Of a stretch of DNA of 64,000 nucleotides, positions 35,296-42,981 are shown in pieces. The DNA is from Planctomycetota bacterium (GTDB taxonomy: Bacteria; JAJVIF01; JAPKYR01): the NCBI GenBank assembly GCA_030614715.1, contig JAUWTM010000002.1, positions 17,334-81,333 on the forward strand. Reading direction: 5' to 3'. The notes under the pieces are model-generated. The model was not told the origin of the DNA. It saw nothing but the letters and a program-made list of their open reading frames with translations, and made no database searches. Within the stretch, counting starts at the first letter, position 1; each line of letters begins with the position of its first letter. Made by a program: the position numbers and the translations under genes.

Positions 35296-37355
35296 GTCGT
35301 TACGGAATTTTCATCTGTCACTGTGGAAAGAATATCGCTGAGACAGTCGACGTTGAAGAGCTGACACGACGGTTCAGTGAAACCGGGAAGTTGACCGTTG
35401 TTGAGGACTATACGTACCTCTGCTCGGATCCCGGGCAGAACATGATCCGCGATTCCATCAGGGACAACCGTCTCAATGGCGTTGTCATCGCAAGCTGCTC
35501 ACCGACACTCCATGAACCGACCTTCCGTGCGGTCGCGGAGCAGGCTGGTCTGAATAAATACAAGCTGGAGATCGCCAACATACGCGAGCAGTGTTCGTGG
35601 GTGCACGATGCGACACCGGAGGCCACCGACAAGGCCGAATCGATCATCGGAGCGGCCCTTGCGCGCGTAATGCACGCCGAACCTCTCGTGCCCATCAAAT
35701 CCCCTGTCGTACGCAAGGCGCTTGTCATCGGCGGTGGCATTGCTGGCATCCAGTCGGCACTCGACATCGCTGATTCCGGTATCGAGGTAATACTTGTCGA
35801 GAAGGACCCGTCGATCGGCGGTCACATGGCCCAACTTTCGGAAACATTTCCGACGCTCGATTGCTCCCAGTGCATCCTGACACCGAAGATGGTCGCGATT
35901 AACCGCCATCCCCTAGTAAAAATCTACACGTACTCGGAAATTGAGGAAATTGCGGGCTCGGTCGGTGATTTCAAGGTCACGATCAAGCAGAAACCGCGTT
36001 ACGTGAAGCCAGATGTCTGTACAGCATGCGGAGATTGCTCCGCAGTGTGTCCGGTGGTCGTCCCAAACGAGTTCGACATGGGTCTTAAAAGCCGGAAAGC
36101 GATCTATATCCCGTTTCCGCAGGCTGTCCCGGCTGTTTTCACACTCGATACCGATAAATGTCTGGGTCTTTTCCCCCTTGCGTGTGGTAACTGCCGCGAC
36201 GCCTGCAGTATTGGAGCCATTGATTACGACATGAAGCCGACCTATGTCGAGGAACATGTCGGCGCGGTGGTTGTCGCAACCGGCTTCGATCTCTACGATA
36301 TGTCAAACCTCGGTGAATATGGCTACGACCAGATCGCCGATGTTGTCGATGGCCTTTACTTTGAAAGGCTGCTATCCGCGTCGGGACCAACTGACGGTGT
36401 GGTCCGCAGGCCGTCCGATGGCACAATCCCGAAGGAAATTGTCTTCATTCAATGCGCCGGAAGCCGCGAACCTGAGCGCCACAAGGGCTACTGCTCGAAA
36501 ATCTGCTGCATGTACACCGCGAAACACGCGATGCTTTACCAGCACAGCGTTCACGGCGGGCAGTCCTACGTCTTCTACATCGACATCAGGGCTGGCGGAC
36601 GTGATTACGAGGAGTTTTACCGTCGTGCACTTGACGAGGGTGTAGTGTACGTACGCGGTAAGGTCAGCAAGGTCTACGAGGAAAATGGAAAGATCGTCGT
36701 TCGCGGGTCCGATACGGTCGCTGGTGGGTCTGTCGAAGTCCGTGCCGACATGGTCGTACTCGCTACTCCCATGGAACCGGCGCGTGGCACCGATGAACTG
36801 GTCCACAAACTGAAGCTCGGATGTGCCGAGGGCGGCTGGATACGTGAAATCCATCCGAAACTCAGGCCGATCGAGGCAGTAACACCCGGATTCTTCCTCG
36901 CGGGCGCAATACAGGGACCGAAGGATATCCCTGAATCGGTCGCGCAGGCGTCCGGGGCGGCATCGAAGACCATCGGCCTTCTCAACAGCGAGGAAATGGT
37001 CAAGGAGCCGATCGTAGCTGCGATAAACGAGGACCTTTGCGTGGGATGCCGTCTGTGTGTTCAGATGTGCCCCTACAACGCGCGGGTCTGGGAAGAGGAC
37101 AGAAGGGTCGCAACGGTCAATGCGATGCTTTGCGAGGGCTGCGGTGTCTGCGCAGCAGGATGTCCGAGCGGCGCGACACGTCAGGACGGTTTCACTGACG
37201 CACAGATTGTCGCTGCGGTTGAGGCCACGCTTGAGGGTCCTAAGGACCTGATCCGTAAAATTTTCGGACCACCGTCATCCGACATCGTGGATATCGAAAA
37301 GGAAATGCAGGAGATGGCGGACGCTGACGGTGTGTCAGTCGAAGCCGTTAAATAA
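35292..37355 (+). CDS. hdrA: Heterodisulfide reductase subunit A-like (FAD, multiple Fe-S)
   Basis: N-terminal ICHCGKNI. FAD fold VIGGGIAGIQSALDIADSG. CTACGDCSAVCP, CVGCRLCVQMCP and CEGCGVCAAGCP. 4-nt overlap with hdrB. Confidence 0.8.
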   Translation: MSRYGIFICHCGKNIAETVDVEELTRRFSETGKLTVVEDYTYLCSDPGQNMIRDSIRDNRLNGVVIASCSPTLHEPTFRAVAEQAGLNKYKLEIANIREQCSWVHDATPEATDKAESIIGAALARVMHAEPLVPIKSPVVRKALVIGGGIAGIQSALDIADSGIEVILVEKDPSIGGHMAQLSETFPTLDCSQCILTPKMVAINRHPLVKIYTYSEIEEIAGSVGDFKVTIKQKPRYVKPDVCTACGDCSAVCPVVVPNEFDMGLKSRKAIYIPFPQAVPAVFTLDTDKCLGLFPLACGNCRDACSIGAIDYDMKPTYVEEHVGAVVVATGFDLYDMSNLGEYGYDQIADVVDGLYFERLLSASGPTDGVVRRPSDGTIPKEIVFIQCAGSREPERHKGYCSKICCMYTAKHAMLYQHSVHGGQSYVFYIDIRAGGRDYEEFYRRALDEGVVYVRGKVSKVYEENGKIVVRGSDTVAGGSVEVRADMVVLATPMEPARGTDELVHKLKLGCAEGGWIREIHPKLRPIEAVTPGFFLAGAIQGPKDIPESVAQASGAASKTIGLLNSEEMVKEPIVAAINEDLCVGCRLCVQMCPYNARVWEEDRRVATVNAMLCEGCGVCAAGCPSGATRQDGFTDAQIVAAVEATLEGPKDLIRKIFGPPSSDIVDIEKEMQEMADADGVSVEAVK

Positions 37356-37381
37356 ATTTACATCGACAAGGAGCCGGCAAA

Positions 37382-38158
37382 GTGGTCAGTCAGACAATAC
37401 CGGTCGAGGTTATTTCGGAAAAGAGTGGAGGAAGTGCGGAAGTGACGCTTGTCCCGATCCATGTGATGGGACGTCGCTACATGGTTCCATCGGACCTTAC
37501 AATCATGAAAGCGATGGAATACGCGGGCTACCAGTTCACACGCGGCTGCGGTTGCCGCGGTGGAATCTGCGGAGCCTGCGGTACCGTCTACAGGCTGCCC
37601 GACAGCCATCGCGTCGAGGTTGCACTCGCCTGCCAGGAGATCGTCAAACCCGACATGTTTCTCTCCCAGCTTCCGTTCTTCCCTCAGAACAAGGCTGTTT
37701 ACTGCATCGAGGAACTGGATGTCGACGAGGGCACCCTGGCGGCACTGTATCCGGAAATTTTCAAGTGCATCGGATGCGGAACCTGCACGCGATCATGCCC
37801 GCAGGACATCGAGGTCATGGATTACATGGCGGCAGCGATCCGCGGGGACATCGCACGTGTCGCGGAGCTTTCTTTCGACTGCGTGATGTGCGGACTCTGC
37901 ATCGCCAGGTGTCCTGCAGAGGAAGCGCAGCCGCTTGTCGCCATACTCGCACGCAGAATTTACGGAAGTCACATCGCTCCACGTGCGCAGCATCTGCAGG
38001 AACGCGTTCAGCAGATCGATGACGGCCGGTTCGAAGACGATCTGAACGAATTAATGAAAAAAGATCTGGTTGAGCTCAAGGAACTTTATGTCGGACGTGA
38101 AAAGGAGCCGGACATGCCGGATCCAAACTGGCGGCCGACCGATTCAAGTTATCTTTGA
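37382..38158 (+). CDS. Succinate dehydrogenase / fumarate reductase iron-sulfur subunit-like protein
   Basis: GCGCRGGICGACG (compare SdhB C-x-x-G-I-C-G-S-C), CIGCGTCTRSCP and CVMCGLCIARCP. GTG start with AAGGAG upstream. Confidence 0.7.
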   Translation: MVSQTIPVEVISEKSGGSAEVTLVPIHVMGRRYMVPSDLTIMKAMEYAGYQFTRGCGCRGGICGACGTVYRLPDSHRVEVALACQEIVKPDMFLSQLPFFPQNKAVYCIEELDVDEGTLAALYPEIFKCIGCGTCTRSCPQDIEVMDYMAAAIRGDIARVAELSFDCVMCGLCIARCPAEEAQPLVAILARRIYGSHIAPRAQHLQERVQQIDDGRFEDDLNELMKKDLVELKELYVGREKEPDMPDPNWRPTDSSYL

Positions 38159-38211
38159 TGAGACCGGCAGACTGATCGATCGCAATAAGTGAACACAATC
38201 GAGGAATCGAG

Positions 38212-39873
38212 ATGCCATATCCGCAGGAATTAAAGGATTACATTAAACAGGTCGAGAGCACCCGACCCGAGCGCGTCGAGAGAAAACGTCGCGGTGAGGA
38301 ATTCGCCTCCCTGTCGCTCGATGGCAGGGAAGAACGCCTGAAGAGCTACCATCCGGACTACAAGGATGATGCCCTTCGTGACATCCGTGTCGGTGTATCA
38401 AAGGGCTACGGAATCAGCCCCGAAATCGTCGATACTCTCGAAGCCCGAAGCCGTATCGATCCGGATCGGATCGAATTCGACGAGGTCGATCACGAGGCCG
38501 ACGTACTGGTGATCGGTGGCGGCGGTGCCGGCGGCGCTGCAGCACTGATGGCCGCGAAACAGGGCGCGAAGGTAATTATCGCTACAAAACTTCGTCTCGG
38601 TGATGCCAACACGATGATGGCAGAGGGCGGCATACAGGCTGCCAGCAAAATTCACTCTGACAGCCCGTACTGGCACTATCTCGACGTTATGGGCGGTGGT
38701 CACTTCACGAACGATCCCGACCTCGTTAAGACCCTCGTCTCCCAGGCCCCCAAGGTCATGTCATGGCTCGAGGGTCTTGGCGCGATGTTCTCTAAGGATC
38801 CTGACGGGTCGCTTCGCACTATGCACGGCGGCGGGACCAGTCGAAAGCGGATGCATTACGCCGGTGACATCACAGGTGCCGAGATCATGCGGACCATCCG
38901 CGACGAGATCAGGAACCATCCCGAGCGGATTGAAATCCTCGAGTTCTCTCCAGCGGTTGAACTGATTCTCGATGAGAATGGCGTTGCGTCCGGTGCCGTT
39001 CTGTACAACCTTGATACGAGGGAATACGTGATCGTTCGCGCGAAGGCGGTCGTCATGGCGACCGGCGGCAGCGGACGGCTTCACATGCGCGGCTTCATGA
39101 CCACGAACCATTACGGCGCGACCGGCGACGGCCTTGTCATGGCATATCACGCCGGGGTGCCGCTCGTGTTCCTCCATTCGGTGCAGTACCACCCGACCGG
39201 AATCGTCTTTCCCGAGCAGGCCGAGGGACTTCTCATCACGGAGAAATTCCGCGGTGCCGGGGCGAACGTCGTGAACGTGGACGGCGAACAGTTCGTGTAC
39301 GAGCGCGAGCCGAGGGATGTCGAGGCGGCAAGCATCATCCGTGAATGCTCCGATGACATGCATAAGGGCGTCCCGACCCCCACAGGCAAGGTCGGAGTAT
39401 GGCTCGACAGCCCCATGCTCGAAATGCTTCACGGTCCGGGATACGTACGGAAGGAGTTCCCCGGCAAATACATCCTCTTCAGGAGGTACAACATAGACGT
39501 CGCAAAGGAGCCGATGCTGATCTACCCGACGCTGCACTACCAGAACGGCGGGGTCGAGTTTAAACCCGACGGCGCGACCGTTCTCGACGGCATGTACGCT
39601 GCAGGCGAAGTGTCGGGTGGCGTCCACGGTGAGAACCGCCTCATGGGTAACAGCCTTCTCGACGTGACCGTGTTCGGACGTCTCGCAGGAGAGTCCGCTG
39701 CGGAGTACGCTTCAAAACGCGATCTTCCATCGGGCATGAACCTGGATCACCTTCGTAAGTACCATGAGGAACTGGACAAAACGGGAATTGAAACTGAACG
39801 CGTCGCACCTGTGATCCTCCCTGACTACACGAACCCCGACGTCAAAGAGAGACAGGTGGTCATAGCTCCGTAG
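38212..39873 (+). CDS. Fumarate reductase / succinate dehydrogenase flavoprotein-family protein (soluble type)
   Basis: DVLVIGGGGAGGAAALMAA FAD fold, MAEGGIQAA, SVQYHPTG and HGENRLMGNSLLD, matching SdhA/FrdA/NadB-family signatures. Confidence 0.75.
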   Translation: MPYPQELKDYIKQVESTRPERVERKRRGEEFASLSLDGREERLKSYHPDYKDDALRDIRVGVSKGYGISPEIVDTLEARSRIDPDRIEFDEVDHEADVLVIGGGGAGGAAALMAAKQGAKVIIATKLRLGDANTMMAEGGIQAASKIHSDSPYWHYLDVMGGGHFTNDPDLVKTLVSQAPKVMSWLEGLGAMFSKDPDGSLRTMHGGGTSRKRMHYAGDITGAEIMRTIRDEIRNHPERIEILEFSPAVELILDENGVASGAVLYNLDTREYVIVRAKAVVMATGGSGRLHMRGFMTTNHYGATGDGLVMAYHAGVPLVFLHSVQYHPTGIVFPEQAEGLLITEKFRGAGANVVNVDGEQFVYEREPRDVEAASIIRECSDDMHKGVPTPTGKVGVWLDSPMLEMLHGPGYVRKEFPGKYILFRRYNIDVAKEPMLIYPTLHYQNGGVEFKPDGATVLDGMYAAGEVSGGVHGENRLMGNSLLDVTVFGRLAGESAAEYASKRDLPSGMNLDHLRKYHEELDKTGIETERVAPVILPDYTNPDVKERQVVIAP

Positions 39874-39902
39874 GGAACGGAAATATAAATCTTGAAATGC
39901 TT

Positions 39903-39928
39903 ACCCGTCTTATAACAGGCGGGTTTTT
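39903..39928 (+). terminator. Intrinsic terminator after the kor-hdr-frd cluster
   Basis: ACCCGTC, 8-nt loop, GGCGGGT (one G-U pair), followed by TTTTT, 30 nt after the frdA-like stop. Confidence 0.6.
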
Positions 39929-39934
39929 CAATGC

Positions 39935-39940
39935 TATAAT
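39935..39940 (+). promoter_or_regulatory. Consensus TATAAT box 9 nt upstream of the aroE ATG
   Basis: TATAAT at 39935-39940, ATG at 39950, and no Shine-Dalgarno in between (GCCCTCCTT). Confidence 0.3.
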
Positions 39941-39949
39941 GCCCTCCTT

Positions 39950-40906
39950 ATGCTTTCACCCGAAGACGACAAAACCGGGCTTGATATCATCCCCCTCGTC
40001 GGGCTTCTCGGTCACAACATCGGCTATTCGATCAGCCCGATGCTCCACGAGGCCGCCGACGACGCGTCCGGGCCCATCCACGACTACCACCTGTTCGACG
40101 TGCCCATCCACAACCTCGAAATCTGGCTCGAACGGGTCACCGGCTTCCCCGGAATTACCGGATTCAACGTGACAGTACCCCACAAGGAGGTCCTGTCGCG
40201 ACGGCTCACCAGCGTGCAGGATTCCGCGCGCGAGGTCGGGGCGGTCAATGTGGTCGAGGTTGTCGGAAAGGACATGATCGGCTACAACACTGACCGTCCG
40301 GCGCTCGTGAAGGTCCTCGATAACGCAATCAAGTCGGGTGAACATCCCGAATCGGGCTGGACGGTCGTCCTTATCGGTGCGGGCGGCGCTGCACGTGCTG
40401 CGATCTGGGCACTGATTGACACGAAAATCGCCGACCGCGTTATAGTCACCGCACGTAACAAAAGAAAATTGCAGTCATTCGTGAACGACTACCTCGTTGC
40501 GGGGTCGCATTTCGGTGTCGAGGTCGAGGAGGGCACATGGCTCGACTGGGAGAACCTCGAAATCGAGTCACCGGCACTCCTGGTAAACGCGACACCTCTC
40601 GGAAGCATGGACTCGATGGGGCTTGTCAGCATGCCCGTGCACGGACCTCCGAACGACACGTTGAGTAATTTCTCGCTGGTCCTGGACATGGTGTACTCAC
40701 CACCTGTGACCGGTCTCATGACTGCGGCCCGGGATGCCGGTGTGGAAGCGATAGGCGGCATAGGAATGCTGATTGAGCAGGCGGTGCTGTCGAGGGCGAT
40801 CTGGTTCGGATCGGGTAACGAGGATATCGAGCGCGCAGTGATGGAAAAGGCATACGAAAAATGGGCTGAGGAAATATCCGAATTCGACGGGGAGGCGTTC
40901 GTGTAA
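39950..40906 (+). CDS. aroE: Shikimate dehydrogenase
   Basis: GHNIGYSISPMLHEAA, FNVTVPHKE and GAGGAARAA motifs. Confidence 0.9.
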   Translation: MLSPEDDKTGLDIIPLVGLLGHNIGYSISPMLHEAADDASGPIHDYHLFDVPIHNLEIWLERVTGFPGITGFNVTVPHKEVLSRRLTSVQDSAREVGAVNVVEVVGKDMIGYNTDRPALVKVLDNAIKSGEHPESGWTVVLIGAGGAARAAIWALIDTKIADRVIVTARNKRKLQSFVNDYLVAGSHFGVEVEEGTWLDWENLEIESPALLVNATPLGSMDSMGLVSMPVHGPPNDTLSNFSLVLDMVYSPPVTGLMTAARDAGVEAIGGIGMLIEQAVLSRAIWFGSGNEDIERAVMEKAYEKWAEEISEFDGEAFV

Positions 40907-42088
40907 ATGGCTCTGAGATGGATGTCAGCGGGTGAGAGTCACGGTCCGGCGCTCGTCGGGATCATCTCCGGATTCCCGTCGGGCATGGAAATCTCATTCG
41001 ACGCACTGGGCAGGGAAGTGTCACGCAGGCAGAAGGGAATCGGCAGGTCGGAACGCCAGAAAATCGAGACCGACACGGTTAAATTTCTCGCAGGGATACG
41101 TCACGGTCTGACTATCGGAAGCCCGATCGCGGTCACGATTGAAAATCTCGACCATGCTAACTGGCGTGACATGATGTCGGCGGAATCCAACGGTGAACAT
41201 GAGAAGGCGTTGCCCAGACCCGGACATGCGGACCTCGCCGGGATGCTGAAACACGGTTTCGACGATGCAAGGAACGTCCTCGAACGCGCCAGTGCCCGCA
41301 ATACCGCAATAACAGTGACTTTTGGAGCACTTGCGAGGCAGTACCTTGCGAATTTCGATACCCATGTCGGCAGCAGGCTTATCGCGTACGGGTCTGAATG
41401 GCTCGTTGAGGAAAATCTAGTTCCACCGACACGATCTGATATCGGCGATGATCCGTCAGTCGTTAAATCGTTCTCGGAACTGGACGAGGATCAGTTATCG
41501 CGAATAGAAACGCTTGTAAATCAGGCTCGTGAGAGCGGAGAAACCCTCGGGGGCGTAATTCAGATCATCGCTGCGCACGTACCTCCGGGACTTGGTTCGT
41601 ACGCACTACCCGATGAACGTCTGGATTCACGGCTTGCGTCGGCAGCTCTGGGCGTTCCGGGAATCAAGGCGACAGAGATAGGCGCGGGAATCGACCAGGC
41701 TTATATGACAGGGAAGGAAGCCCACGACCAGTACGCAATTGGGGAGGAAAATCCGCACCACGACAAATGGTACTCGCGTTCGTCCAACCATGCAGGCGGC
41801 ATCGAGGGTGGAGTCACGAACGGAGAACCCGTCTGCCTGACCACGTGGATGAAACCGATATCGACCGTAAAACCGCCGAACATGAGCATCGATGTAACCT
41901 CGCGGAAACCCGTAATGCCCGACCGGGTCGAGCGCGGGGACGTGGCAGCGGTCGAATCTGCAGCGTGCGTTCTGGAAGCGGTGGTCGCATTGGAACTGGC
42001 AAAAGCACATCTCGAAAAATTCGCAGGGAACTCAATGTCGGAGGTCCGCAGGGCCTACGAAGGTTATTTGCAATCGATTGACAAATAA
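40907..42088 (+). CDS. aroC: Chorismate synthase
   Basis: N-terminal SAGESHGPALVGII, RPGHADL and GGIEGG motifs. The start abuts the aroE stop. Confidence 0.9.
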   Translation: MALRWMSAGESHGPALVGIISGFPSGMEISFDALGREVSRRQKGIGRSERQKIETDTVKFLAGIRHGLTIGSPIAVTIENLDHANWRDMMSAESNGEHEKALPRPGHADLAGMLKHGFDDARNVLERASARNTAITVTFGALARQYLANFDTHVGSRLIAYGSEWLVEENLVPPTRSDIGDDPSVVKSFSELDEDQLSRIETLVNQARESGETLGGVIQIIAAHVPPGLGSYALPDERLDSRLASAALGVPGIKATEIGAGIDQAYMTGKEAHDQYAIGEENPHHDKWYSRSSNHAGGIEGGVTNGEPVCLTTWMKPISTVKPPNMSIDVTSRKPVMPDRVERGDVAAVESAACVLEAVVALELAKAHLEKFAGNSMSEVRRAYEGYLQSIDK

Positions 42089-42142
42089 TTCGTAGCCTTT
42101 CCCTCTGCACAACCCCCTTCGCACAATCCCATTAACACATTT

Positions 42143-42289
42143 CCGTAGCACAGCACGGCAGTGCGTTCAACATTCCATCCCGCATCACGGGACAACGATC
42201 TGCGTAATTGGAAGGCTGGACGCACTGCCGTGCTGTGCTACGGGATTGGAATGATTGGTCGTTGAACGCACTGCCGTGCTGTGCTACGG
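42143..42289. repeat. REP-like repeat cluster (CCGTAGCACAGCACGGCAGTGCGT family), three copies
   Basis: Forward 29-mer at 42143-42171. Perfect reverse-complement 29-mer at 42261-42289. Reverse 24-mer at 42220-42243. The same 24-mer recurs at 62731-62754. Confidence 0.85.
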
Positions 42290-42396
42290 GTCGGTCTTTC
42301 ATTAAAACCAACCCCGGTGAAGGGATCGCCGGGCGACCTTCCCCTTTCGTCTGATCAATCATGCATGTATAATCTTCCCTTCGTAGAGGAGATACC

Positions 42397-42951
42397 ATGA
42401 AACGGGCAATTTCGGTACATTCACCTGATGGTTCATCTGTCAGGATCCACAGGATAACGTGCGACTACAAATCCTTCACAGAACCGACCACACTGCGTGT
42501 CGGCGTGCCTGAAGGCGTCCACGCGATGGTCCAGTTCGAAGTGCTGGACCCTGCATTAAACGAAAACGACGAGGATTTTGAGACTTCGAAGGACGATGAA
42601 CATCAGGAAGTGAAGTTCGAAGGTGTCGAGGCGGTCGAATTTACCTTCGCCCTTTACGATGTCTTCGATCATTTCCTCGCAAGTGTGCAGGGTCTTGCCG
42701 GACCCGGAACATATCGACCCACGCGACGCAAGCACCGTGCGAAGTGGGTTTTCGACGTGGACGGGGTATTCAGCATGTATCACGTGCTATGTTTCCCGTC
42801 GCAGGTACGTATGATCGACGGCACGATCTGGCGATGCAAGCGCGACGATTGCGTGAGATGGCTGAACTACGAGATGAAGGAATCGGGTGAGTCGGTTACC
42901 ATTGAGGATATTTTCCCCGACGGTGCCATGCATGAAGGATCGAGTGAGTAA
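42397..42951 (+). CDS. Hypothetical protein (184 aa) embedded in the aro cluster
   Basis: ATG preceded by GAGGAG. No recognisable motif. Confidence 0.5.
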   Translation: MKRAISVHSPDGSSVRIHRITCDYKSFTEPTTLRVGVPEGVHAMVQFEVLDPALNENDEDFETSKDDEHQEVKFEGVEAVEFTFALYDVFDHFLASVQGLAGPGTYRPTRRKHRAKWVFDVDGVFSMYHVLCFPSQVRMIDGTIWRCKRDDCVRWLNYEMKESGESVTIEDIFPDGAMHEGSSE

Positions 42952-42981
42952 TTTCCTGTTTAATGCGTAAGGGGTGAATTT

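Noticed and set aside
37330-38022. 230-aa plus-strand ORF overlapping the frdB-like gene in another frame.
   Set aside because: The product is Arg/Gly-rich with no Fe-S motif pattern. The 37382-38158 frame carries SdhB-type Cys clusters and a good Shine-Dalgarno.
42143-42289. Possibility that the CCGTAGC repeats are a small CRISPR array.
   Set aside because: There are only three copies, in mixed orientation, with irregular spacing (48 and 17 nt). No cas genes are present. The same unit occurs singly elsewhere.
42132-42398. 88-aa minus-strand ORF between aroC and the orphan gene.
   Set aside because: It is composed almost entirely of the REP-like repeats (the ALPCCAT peptide recurs wherever the repeat occurs), so it is a repeat artefact.
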